Positions 25,001 through 36,570 of a stretch of DNA of 64,000 nucleotides are shown piece after piece. Position numbers and translations under genes: made by a program. The notes below the pieces were generated by a model. The model saw only the letters and a list, made by a program, of their open reading frames with translations, searched no databases and was not told where the DNA came from. Positions within the stretch are counted from its first letter, which is position 1; the number at the start of each line of letters is the position of its first letter. The stretch is from Ophelia neglecta (taxonomy: Eukaryota), in contig OZ260661.1 in assembly GCA_965285935.1 (NCBI GenBank), positions 96,472,001 to 96,536,000 of the forward strand, written 5' to 3'.

Positions 25001-26971
25001 GCTGTCAGTCGGTATGTAGAATATTGCAAATAAATGTTTATGTGAATTGAAAAAGATTTTCTTTTTTCATTTTTAAACTTGATGTTACTGTTATTCTATA
25101 TACTGCATTTAGCCTGTATATAGTGTTAACGAAACAAACATTTTGTTACGGAATGATCCTTTTTCAAATGCGCATCTTCTCTGCCAATTTATTTAGTTCT
25201 TGGTTGAACCAATTCAGTAAAAATCAACATACATGTACTTACAAAACCTCCTCTAGTATCAAAATAGATGTCAACCAAAACACCATATATGCACACTATG
25301 AATGCAAATAGCAAGTTTGGCATGGCAGAAAGTGTTAAAAAAAACATATAAACTATTTTGTTTCATAAAATAAACAAATAAACAGTTCTTTCCTATTTTC
25401 AGTTCTTACACTGTTTTTTAAATAACAACTTTGTGGTTTTGTAAAAGAAATGGCGCCATAAAATGCACAAAGAGGTAGAAACGTGTCACTCACAGGAAAC
25501 TAACAAACCTCCTCTGTGCATCCTTCTGCCAGGAATAAAACTTCATTGGGCATCCTTCTTCTACGTTAAACCTCCTTTGTGCACACTGACCTAAATCTTA
25601 GTTTGTTACACCGCCTTGAAATCAGGTACTTGATAAAGACCATAATTTATGGTTATAATGTTTTAACTAATATCAAATATTTTTGATCATCAGCCCAAAT
25701 TGTCAATTATGCACATCGTAGGTTTTGACATGAAAACAACATCACTTTTCTACCTCCCACTTTTTGTCCGAAATGTAGTTCTTTCAGCGCAAAATAAGGC
25801 ATAGGCCTATGTGGACTTTTTTTTTAATTAATTTTTTTTAATTCTACAGGGAAGAAACGTGTTTTGGATGTCACTCACACACGCAACACTCAAGAGTATC
25901 AACTTGTATGAACGATTTAATACGGATTTTCTCTATGGCCTTTACAGTTATTTGGTGAGAAAATGTTGTCATTTGTCTAGTGCAATCGCGCTCTTCATAG
26001 CATTTCTCCCCACGGACCAATATTCAATGCAATGGTAAAGGGGTATACATGGGTCCCCAAAATGCTGAGTATGACCGTATCAATATTTAAGAAAATGCCA
26101 CTGTCGAGGGCTGATATTTATGTTTATGTGTTGGTTCAATATTTAAGAAAATTTAAATATCATGTGTCAATATTTAAGGAGAAAAAATGTGTTTTTGCTC
26201 AATATTAAGCCCACGCTCATTTCAGTGTTGCGGGTCGAATTAAAAAAGTGTCGTGCGTCAAAATGTTAGCGAATTCTTGCGTATGTCAATGTATTTATAA
26301 CATGCGTTCAGCATAAAGCGGACGGTATATAAAGGTGTATAAATTGCGGTGTTTTATTGAAAACACATGAATAGGCGTGCAGTGTTTCTTGGCCACTCGT
26401 TTTACCAATACATACCGATAATGGTATAGTGATAGGGAGTGCACAGTGAGAGGGGACCATGTGTCATGATCAGAAACGTAAGATTATCGTTGAAAAATAA
26501 GAAATATGTGTTGAAGCGTTCCTTAATATGTACAAAATGGTCGAGCTGCTCAGATCCATAATGTACGGGCTATCTGCCCGTCTCGCATGATGAATTTGTA
26601 TTAGTAAATTTAGTCAAAGTGGGTTATAAGTTTGTTTTCACTGTAGGTACATTTTCCTATAATTGCGCCAGATATACATGCATGTATATCTGGCGCAATT
26701 ATAGGAAAATGTCGGTAAAGGAGGAAGAGCTAGGGTGAAATCACATTACTCACACATTAGTGACGTTCTCCGGAAGTCCCGCGGGTATGTCAGTTATTTG
26801 GTCACCCTGGCACATGACAATTGTTTTATCTACCTCGAAACAACAGCCGCAGCCATCACATTCCACCCAGTCAGTACGTGCGCAAACCAGATCTCCGCCG
26901 AGAGAGGACGGGTCAGCGCCCAAACACAGCCCCAACAAACACACTACCATGGCCACTTTCTTCGACCACAT
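10057..26971 (-). CDS. LGR1: Glycoprotein hormone receptor / type A leucine-rich-repeat GPCR (likely co-orthologue of TSHR/LHCGR/FSHR), about 1037 aa, 12 coding exons
   Basis: Exons (-): 26971-26754 (signal peptide and Cys-rich N-cap), 17110-16997, 16867-16787, 16672-16598, 16230-16153, 16014-15862, 15618-15541 (LRR exons with phase-2 introns), 15307-15106 (LTYHHHCCAF), 14910-14451 (hinge, FNPCEDLMG), 12626-12474, 12145-11925 (ERW) and 11337-10057 (KRMAVLVITDF, PLNSCCNPFLYA, long tail). Frames join consistently if intron 9 uses a GC donor. A splice acceptor at 26987-26986 implies an upstream 5'UTR exon. Confidence 0.93.
16257..16294. repeat. 38-bp perfect palindrome
   Basis: AATTAAGAGTTGTTATAGT|ACTATAACAACTCTTAATT, with no spacer. 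Confidence 0.95.
17749..17902. mobile_element. Degenerate Tc1/mariner-type MITE, same family as the copies at 47253 and 47713
   Basis: Shares repeated CCACCT motifs, CTGTCTAAACGGACCACCTCC and a terminal ACAGGTATCA with the 47-kb copies. Confidence 0.55.
18150..18806 (+). mobile_element. Helentron/DINE-1-like non-autonomous element with about 150-bp internal tandem units
   Basis: Three units start TGACCTTnAAAATAGGCnAnGGTC (near 18246, 18368 and 18518; a fourth related unit lies near 17526). A short GGAC/AGAC-type run near 18714-18742 is followed by a terminal stem-loop GTCCC..GTCGC-TC-GCGAC..GGGAC at 18775-18801. The family call is inferred from structure only. Confidence 0.55.
19246..20461. 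mobile_element. Nested 1.2-kb TIR element flanked by TA
   Basis: Inverted ends ACTAAAGGTTTGCAACTTCGCTG, plus a subterminal inverted block GCAACTTGTCGGTCCAAG at both ends. TA at 19244-19245 and 20462-20463. Confidence 0.75.
20464..21510 (-). mobile_element. Helitron 3' fragment: decayed Rep/Hel PIF1-helicase C-terminus, 3' hairpin and CTAG terminus
   Basis: Translation reads ILTPKND...FPVEFLNSLTPSGMPEHKVILKKGALIMLLRSLD...CNGTR...ILIPRI...TINKAQG*TFKEIGIYFPDPVFTHGQLYIAFS...KTVVNPEILQ* (final stop at 20756-20754, internal stop at 20948-20946). An imperfect GC hairpin at 20491-20473 precedes CTAG|T at 20467-20463. Confidence 0.9.
21774..21950. repeat. G-run-rich foldback / MITE-like repeat, with a partial second copy at about 22140-22200
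   Basis: Inverted arms CCCCCCACTTTTTTAAGTC ... GACTTAAAAAAGTGGGGGG surround a GGCATGCC centre, with long G tracts. Confidence 0.6.
23842..23990. other. Assembly gap (149 N) inside receptor intron 1
   Basis: Run of N characters. Confidence 1.
26649..26712. repeat. 64-bp perfect palindrome
   Basis: ACATTTTCCTATAATTGCGCCAGATATACATG|CATGTATATCTGGCGCAATTATAGGAAAATGT, with no spacer. Confidence 0.97.
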
Positions 26972-29900
26972 CCTGACCAACGCAACTGAAAAACAAAACT
27001 AATATAAATAATTACACTGGTACATTATTTTATACAATGGCTCAGCATGCGTATGCGCTTGGTGCAGTCATACATAAAAAAAAAACCTTTGAAAACCGAC
27101 ATTAGCTGGTCCACGGTAAACGATGCGACGAGAATAATATCTTATCGGGCGAGTCCCAGAGGCTCTTTTTTCTGGGGACCCGTTTACACCCACATATAAC
27201 TACACCCACATATAAGAGTGGCTTAGCACAGTAGCGGTATATGTTACATTGGCTTAATCAAATGTGTAGTTTGAAATAAATCAAGTGTATTAATTTAATA
27301 AACCGGAAGAACAAAACTATTTAAAAGGCTTTTTTCTCAGTAGGTACGTGCGCCTTTAGCCCCTGACAATCATGCCTCGAGAGATTTCTAATAAGTGGGA
27401 TATTAATATACCTAATGATATAAAATGTATATATTTAAGGGAGATCATGACAAGAGAGACTATTTTCAAGTGAATAAAAATCAGATATCTCCATTTTGTC
27501 TTATATAATGAAAATTCACTTATGATATTTTCGAATTCCAAGAAAAGAAATCCTGGATCTACTGACCTCAATATTAATGGTTAAACATTGGAAAAGGTGA
27601 CCGATGTCTACAACAACCATGCGGCAGAATACTCTAGACGAATAGTAAATTGATGTGCACACAACCAAATTGTCTACAATGAGAGTCTTGATTTCCAAAG
27701 TATCGGTATTTTGTTCTCATAATTTGTGCTCCAAATTAGAAATTAAAAATATGATAGTCGCAATTTGAAACATCACCTTTTTCAGAGTGAGGTGTTAAAA
27801 ATGGCTTGTTAATAATACTAATAATAATAAAGTTAGATATAAACTATAGGAACACTAGTATGAGTCACATATTTTGTCGTTGTTCTAAATGTGAAAGGAG
27901 AACATTTCTCAAAGGATGATCGGATGGATATCAGTATCTGAGTCAAATGATAAATAGTTTGATGGGAAGAGAAATCACAAGTTGAACAGGTGTATTTAAC
28001 ATTTCCCACCATAGGTCAATTCACATGGGTTGTAGCATGCATTGTAGACACTTATCGTAATTTTTTTGCGAGATGACCAGTCGGAATTAATATTAATGCA
28101 TGGGCAGTGGTATTATGAAAGACTAAAGCCTCCCCCAATTCTAGTGTATCTTTTTCCATTGTCCCATTTACTATTGCACTTAGGGGTTGGTAAATTACTA
28201 TATATATTGGAGAGGAGGCCGCAACTCCCTTGGGGGGGGGGGGGGGGTTAAGGAATTGTGATCCTATCAGATGAGGGTCACAAAATTCGGACATCCTCCT
28301 ATGGCAGGGTCATAAAAACCAAATCACTCAACAAAATTACTATATCATTAATAAATCTATTAAGGGAAGTACAAAAAAGGTTTTCAATTTTCAATCATCT
28401 TCATGCATTAACATTGCGAGTAACATATTTCTATTGACTTTGAAAATTTCATTGAAAATACCATTAATATTCAAACTTCAGCTGTGTCTTTAGGCCATAG
28501 TTCATATGATGTGCGGGGGGGATTTTTTCTTTTTTCGACAACAAAACTTTGAAAATCTATGGGCGAACAGTGTATTTTTTTCTAAAAAGAACGACTTAGA
28601 ATAATCAAGGAATAGCCAAAAGTACTTTGAAATTTGCTGATTCACTGCTCATTTATCTCATCCTCGTAACAATACTTTAGATATTAGTTATTGAAAAAAA
28701 TAGCCTGGTGACCCATTGGTTTTCTTTAAATTATCCAATTGTTGCCCTTATTTCAGGGCTACTCCTTTAGGGGACTGTAATAACAAATAGAAATATGTTT
28801 CTTTTAATCTCGCCAGATATCCCGGTTGATTCATATTGTTTCAGCGAGCCACACTCCTTTTCATTAAACTGCATTGAAATCTGTTACATTTGTTACTGAT
28901 AGAAGCACATAATGTGCAACATATTAACAGTGTGGCCAATGAAAAGTTTAGTAATTCAATGAAACAGTTTGTACCTACAAATGTATCATTAAGTTCGATC
29001 AAATTTATAAAACACATTTTATGATATTGGTGTGTTTTTTTCGGCGCACTCTACTACAAACCACAATACGTCTATCAAGGGTTTACTACCAACAAATGCT
29101 AAAATAATATCACAGGCTTGTTTTCCCAGGCGCCAAAGAATAATGATATTTGTTTTCATTATATTTAGAACATAAGTTGATTGCCACTTTTTCATTTCTA
29201 TGATATACGCTTCTTTTCGTCCTTTGAGTGTTTTTTTTTTTTTGCAAACAAGCGATTCCGTTGTTCTCTTAATAAATTTTCGAGGCAAATAATCCACCAA
29301 AATGTTATTAGATGTGCCTACCAAAACAAGTCCGAACAGAAAAATTTGATTTTCTTTTAATAATTTCAGTTTGTCGCTGTTTTTACATTGCAAGTGATAT
29401 TGTTCTGAACATCTATATGTTGGTGGCGAATGGTGTTAAAAACGCTCTTGAATACTAGACAAGTAACCCAGAGACATGTGTATGAGAGCAGGCTCACACA
29501 CTGCCTATGCTTTACAGCGACATGTATTGATCAGAGCAACGAGGTAGGCCGAAATGACAAGCGCAACAGATTGAACACATAACTTACAGTCATTGTTAAG
29601 GTGGCCTCAAAAAACATGGACAATAATGAGTCTGAGAATTATCCTGGCATTTTGACACGTGGAAAATAGCATGTTAATTCTGGGTGGTAACAAGTGGAGG
29701 ATTCAATGTGCGAATTTAAAATAAGCGTTTTGAAATTGGTTGTGAAGGTGGACTGCGCTTAAAAGGTGCCGGAAACTAACCTATTCTTGTGATAGAAACG
29801 AATCCGCAAGGAGCAATTACGAATCTGCGAATGTAAACTGAATTCGCAGCTAGATAAAGCTGAAGATTCAGATATATGTGAAAGCACGACTTTAAAAATT

Positions 29901-32900
29901 AAATCAGACGCAATGTGATTATCGTCTATTATAATGCAAGCATGTTTTTGAAACATTTTGGAACCTTTTTTTGAAAAATAAGGCTTTTTCGTATTCTCCC
30001 ACTACGCAAACATAATGCTGTGATGGTTAATTTAAAAATTTTATATAAACAATATTGTATTAAACTTATAAGCAGTTCATTTTAGTTGCACCATATCAGT
30101 TTTTACACTTTAAAACATTCCTATGCCAATATAGTCTGTAACATTTTCTGAATCCAAACAGGACAAGAGAGCGGTGCTCGTTCTTTATTTAGTATGTTGA
30201 GTACGGATGTGAGTATGTAGTATGTGTGTAGCAATGGAAAAGATCCAGCAGTCAAGCTTGGCAGTCGTCGAGGTAAATATTATAATAGAACCTTCCAGAT
30301 TTAATAATTCATATTAACATAAGCACATGAAAATAGTTTTTAAAACAAATACGTTAACGTTGAGAACATAATCGATTCACAAAAACTGTTTGCTTCTTTA
30401 ACGGAAGCAGTTAACATGAAAGACAATGAGATACATACACTAAGGCCGCTGATATTAACCAAAAGAGTGCACAAATATTGAGATCACTGGCCATAAATAA
30501 ACACACTGTCGTCCTTAACTATCATGGATTACCTGAACATTTAATACATCAATATGCTGTCCTATGCTTCATGCAGCAGTAATGTTTGTACGACTAAACC
30601 TGCTGAATCTATTTGCATTTGGACCCATACATTCGCTTTTTAATGCTACCAGCAAATGTATGTATTTTAAATATAAATTAGCTCTCATTGATATGGATTA
30701 TAAATACCGAAACATGGCATCAGCTTACCATCGTGAATTATAACACGGAGAAACAAGAACACGTGGTGTTATTTTGGCGAACATTTCCGACTTTACAGTT
30801 TTTACAGAAATTACAGGTATATAAAAAATGCATAGAAAGAGTGACTCAATGTCTTCTGTGTATCGCTATCTAGTATCATCTAATTTATTTATTGTTAGAA
30901 CTGTTAACTTTTTTCTTCTCCCCTTTTGACAAGAGACTGTTTGTCAATGCGTAAAATGAATAGTACCAGGTTCAAAACAAATCTCTTTCAGTAGAGGAGT
31001 AAGATAAGCTGATCATTTTTGCCTGCAAACATTGAAAACGGCTTGCCTCACTACCTGCCGACATTATTCAAGGGCAACTAGGCTGGCTGAAGTACATCAA
31101 AACTAACTTAGTAACTTTTACCATTGGTTTCCTTTCAACATAAAGACATGTAGTAACTAATCAAAACACCCGTACTAGATAAATATATGGTTAAAAACCG
31201 CATTAATAAAAAAATACTGTTTATTTACCCCCAGGCTAATGTGCTATCCATATAATGTGAATGGTGTATAACGGGACAACGGCAATATCGGCAGATTAGC
31301 CCACCACATCCTTCAGCATATAATAAAATATACTCCATAGGATCGAAACCGTTAAGCTCAGAATTTTGGTAATTTGAAATACATGTACATAATATTTATT
31401 TTCGATAATGCTTCTTATTTAAAACATGTATAGGCCTAATTTTGACAGGAGCATTGTCGTCGAAACGCACTTTAGTAATATTTTGCGCAAGAATCCGGGT
31501 CGGTTTCTGACAAAACAATGTAACTTAACTGTCTCCCTTTGCATCCATGATAAACTATACTGCACTTCGCGCAAAAATCGTCACAATTTATGTAATTCAA
31601 TGCTCTACACTGTGACATCTCCCCCCCCCCTCCCTCCACCCCCAATGAACGGGCCTATTGATGGAACTACATTTACAATGTATATGTGTGAGAATCGATT
31701 ATCAAACACAATAAATTCTTATGAAGTGTCTACATACCTTTGGAATTGTCGGGGTAACCTTGTTATTGTAGACCAAGTAGCAAACAATAAAATGAGTATT
31801 TGCGTCAAAACCGGTTCCGAAGAGGCCTATAATCCGCTGTTGCCAGTTTTTCCCTCATTCTAAGTAACTATATTATAAAGCCGTCCAATCTAGGCTCTGT
31901 CTCAGTATTTCGACATACCAGATGCCGATCATGCTGTATGGCAAGGCAGTGGATTGCATTTGCTTTATACAGTTGCAAGTGTACTCTGATTATATAGGAT
32001 GATGTAAATTAAGTATACAATATCCGGTTGGCAATTATTGGGACTTCAGCCTGCGGTCAACAAAGTGTGGGAAGCCACTGGTTGATTAATTGTCAGAAGA
32101 ATATCTAAGAGGAATATCTCAAACGTATATATAGTGATGCCTTGCTTATTTAGAAGTATTCTACATACTCGTGTATACCGTTGCCCTATAACAAAATGCC
32201 ATCTTTTTACGATCTGGGAACTGGTTAGACTGTTTTCCCAGTCTATGATGTCTAATGCACCTCCAGGCAACTTCCAGAAACGAAAGAACGACATTATCCT
32301 ATCAACAGAAAAAAGTTCCTAAACGTTGTATGTCTCAGAGAAACAGAGAATTCGCTGAATATTCACCGTATGTCTAGTAATGTACACTGGTGCATCTACA
32401 AATTTGTCTGGATCAATTATTTCAATTATTCAAGCACACAGTGTTCACGGTATTATATCTATGTCACACGTCAGCTGGTGCCATGCTTGATTACACAGTG
32501 TGACGATTAAGGTGGTAATGGGGGGGGGGGGCTAATCAGGGAGGGTTCATTTGATATCCGCGTGGCCTCATAGACAGGTCGCTCACCTTCCCATGCGTTG
32601 CCGTCCAAGTAGCAGAGGGTGGATCTTCGAAATTTTCTTAATTTTTAAAGATATCCCTGGGCCCATGGAGTCCCAAATACCTTGTATTGCATCTTAGACT
32701 TACGTGTAGGTCTACACTTCTGTCAGTGCTCGCTTCACTCAGTGTCCTTCAATCCGTCTGCTTCATTCACTTACTCTTACGTTTTTATTCAACCACAACA
32801 ATAACATATTCAACATCAGATATTTTTTCAACAAAACAAGAACAAAACCAACTTGTGATTAAACTTTGAATGAACAAACTGTTGTTATACACTATATGTT

Positions 32901-34619
32901 ATATTATACCTTAACTGTTGCCTTGGAAACAAGCATAAAAGTTGAGATCTCTACTCATGAAAAGTTGTCCCTAGGTAAAAACCCTAGCATTTCCTTTTGG
33001 ATCTGAATAAGTTTATTTTAATTTTTAATGCCAAATCTCACAGAAATATCAGAGTAACCTATATTTATATTTATGAGGCAAATTATAACACGGGCAACCT
33101 TTTTCACCTAATGTACCAGTTTGGTTTGGCAATTGTTGCTATGGCAACATGCATTCACATACTAGGGGAATACATTGAGGCAAACTATGGCCTAATCGTT
33201 CAAATTATGATACAAACAACAAAAATTGACATGGGTTATAACGAATAGCTTTGGATAAGCTTAAAACAATTAGTCACCTCAAACTCACCCCAGTTGTCAT
33301 GGTAACAAACATTTAATTTATGAAATCGTTGAAGGTTCCCGGCAGACACAACCCTCATTTTCTATGTCAGCACCCCAACCCCCAACGCCTACCCCTTCCC
33401 CTTCTCCCCCACCTACTCCCGGCCTTGGATAATAAGAGGGAAAATGTCCCAACGCACACGACCATCACAACCGGTACAGACTCTACCAGCTATTAATATA
33501 ATATCGCTTATAGTCTGCAATACTGCACCCCCTAGAGAGAATATTTACACATCCTATTTGAATAGGATTGGTATTACGGTAGCGCATGCTATTATATGTG
33601 CAATAGTATGATATAAGTTATCAGGTTACGTAATCAAGTATCAAACGGATAGTTTTGTAAAAATCAATAACATTTTAAATAATAATATGTGACCATGTTC
33701 AATCAATCTATCGATCCGCCCTCATGGATGAGTGGATAAGACAATCGCCTAGCATGCATGCGATTTTCTTCGCAATATTATTTTAGTATAGATTGCGCAG
33801 TCGTCAACTTGCTTAGAGATACTTTTTGCTCCTGAACAGAAGCCTACGGAGAGCGCTGACCACCTTAGAAATCGACGGTATCTATGCGTTACTTCCAGGT
33901 ACGGGCCTCGTTAGTTCCTGGCCCAAATTGATCGTCCGATAGGATAAGAACTTGGGGTCACAACTCATAATCCACATGCAGGGAAGAATTTACGACGGTT
34001 CAATGGGGTCTCTTCTGTGCAGTTGATACGAGCGTGTTTTTTTTGTCAATATTGACGAACCTGTTGTTGCCCCTACATCACTTCAAGTCCATCCTAAGGT
34101 AATTTACCATTATAATTTTGACTAAGACACAGTCTTGCCAGTGGCTGCCAGAGTACTGTAGTTGGCATACATGTGCATACCAGTTGGCTTGTTCAAAAAG
34201 GGTAAGTCATTGATGTTTAGTATGAGTATAAGTGGACAAAGGATTCAACCTTGTGCGACGCCCACGCAACACTTATATAACTGGGCTCTGCACCCTCTAA
34301 ATAAACTTTTTTTTTTGTTATAAAATCGAGATCGGTTCTGAACTATATTAAGTCTTAGCTATCCCAAATTTTAAACTAAAATGCGTCGATCCAAGTGATC
34401 AAAGCCCCCCATAGGTCGAGAAAAATAGTATCAGAGAGTTCTCCATTATCTATCGTTTGATACCACACATTCAAACAGACAAGTCGACGCCATGTCACTA
34501 GGAAAGCTGGGTCGGAAACCTGACTGAGTCTCGTGTAGCAAACGATAGTTAAAGAAAAATAAGCTAAACAATTCAGATGGTTATGAAAATGTTTTTTAAT
34601 GATCTTAGAAATGACAGGC

Positions 34620-35000
34620 TGTATTGGAATAGGTCAATAATTGGAAGAGTCTGAAAGATGAACAGCGTTGAGGATTGGAGACAGTTTCCACAAATCAAAG
34701 ACAACTCAATGACTTCAAGCTAGAGCACGTAGTCGGCTTTAACAGATGGCGTGACGCTGGCAATCCTCGGGATCTACCATACCTCGACGACGCACAATAC
34801 AAAAAAACTGAGTGGACAAAATACTTCATCGATCTCGTTATTTCAAAAGACGAACCCAAATATGAAAATTCCTTTTTTCAGCAGATAATTGAAGCGTAGG
34901 TTCAAGAATATGACACACTATAACTCATACAGCAAGGTTCCATCCTGAAAGAACTAATCATGGTCATTGAAGTTGAGGCACTAGCTAGACATACATTTTC
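34620..35000 (+). mobile_element. Probable decayed LINE ORF2 fragment (region between endonuclease and RT)
   Basis: Peptide FNRWRDAGNPRD...EWTKYFIDLVISKDEPKYENSFF resembles the WxxAGxPR and WxxxFxxL motifs of CR1/L2-type ORF2. Recognised from memory, not by search. Confidence 0.4.
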
Positions 35001-36321
35001 CCATGATGAGGCAAATTAGTTAAATACATTCTTTGTGTTCCACAGACCTAAGACATCTTAGGACCATTTATTCTTCGGGATTTCAAATTTATACCAATTA
35101 CCCATGCCAGACACTGGCTTCAAAATATATTATTCGCCTCTGATAAATGATACATTTTATTGTAAGTGGCCATATAAATTGCATTGTGCCCAAGATGAAA
35201 TATGACAGCTAGGGCTATCTGCAATTGGTTATTATATATGTTAATTTTCTGTTGAAAATGTGACGGTCAGCCTAACAACCCTAATTGTTTTTGAACTGAC
35301 TCTGTCGAGGTCTTTTTTAAGTATGTGGGGGCCGCAAATTATGAAGAAATATATTTCGTAGTAGCCTTGTGTTTTCGGTCACAGTAATGCCTGACATTTT
35401 ACCTCAACGGCAAACTTCAAAGCTAATTTCAAGGAGAATTATGCACAAATTTTGACTTTTGGACATAAGACAGGTCATTGGTTGACCGCTTGGTGGTAAT
35501 ATACTCGATAGTGGTTTGCATGAACACCGGTAGAAAGTAACTGAAGCGCACGTCATTGTGTTTGCATAGGGTAGTGCTGGAGAACCGCGTATTGCGTGCA
35601 AGCTAATTGGTCATTATAATGCGAATTTATAGCCAATAATAACCCAGATATTTGCATTCAAAATGATATATGTCATGATACTGAACGAATGTTTTGAATG
35701 TGGCTTTATAGAAATGTTGTTCTGCTGGTTTAACGGAAACCTAATACTCCTTCCATGCCTTTTAAATCCAAAAACTGTCGTAAGTAGTCTTCATCGTGTT
35801 CATTTCAGATAAGGGTGAATGGTAGACTGTTAGGTGGCCCACTTGGCGGTATTAACCAACATTTAAAGTGCGCTTTTTCTTCCCAGAGAAGGCATCCTTC
35901 TTTGGCACACTTCCCTGCTTTAGAACTTTTTATGGAGCATGCTTGAACATGTGCTTACATCGAAGAAAGCTCCCTTTTATTTCGACATGATTAAAAACTT
36001 TACTTTGGAGATCTTTTTCCCTTCATAAAAGCTCTCTTTCCAGGAAACTTATTGAGCAGACCTAAACATATTTAAAACCAGGAGTTACCAGTGAATTATG
36101 AATGGTACTTTCAGATGGTTGCATCTCAGTATGCATGAACTTGTAGAGCCTATGTCTTTTTCAGAACGATTCCAAGCGGACATCTAAGAAACTCTGGGAA
36201 AGCAGTGCATCTGCTCGTTTTTCCGCCTTGTGTCCAACTCTCAAAAGTTTTTTACGACTACTGCAAGTTGTGACATATTTGCTATAATTGGCGTTGTGAC
36301 AAGATGTGACTTGTGTTTTGC

Positions 36322-36570
36322 AAAATTCACTGACCCAATTTGTCACGCATTATTCAGCTGATTGCCCCGTGATGGGGTGGAAGAGGGATATTTTCTGGGC
36401 AATTTAAAAGTTCATTGACCCAAGTTGTCATGCATTAGCTGGCTTCCCCTATGATGGGGTGAAAGTGGGATATTTTCGGGACAATTTAAAAGTTCACTGC
36501 CCCAAATTGTCATGCATTAGCTGGCTTCCCCCATGATGGGGTGATCGGGATATTTCCTGGACATTTATAA
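36322..36570. repeat. About 80-bp tandem repeat, 3 diverged copies
   Basis: The unit AAAAGTTCACTGACCCAAnTTGTCATGCATTAGCTGGCTTCCCCnnTGATGGGGTG..GGGATATTTTC occurs three times. Confidence 0.85.

Noticed and set aside
25490-25980. Two exon-like segments with GTGAGT donors in receptor intron 1
   Set aside because: One has a stop in the required phase. The other lacks a polypyrimidine tract and an LRR pattern.
26972-26980. ORF-track starts at 26980 and 54906
   Set aside because: Both are TTG codons. The receptor ATG is at 26971, and the EGF gene exon begins at a splice acceptor at 54884.
33716-33770. tRNA/SINE-like head (GCCCTCATGGATGAGTGGATAAGAC)
   Set aside because: A-box-like only, with no B box or cloverleaf; too weak to call.
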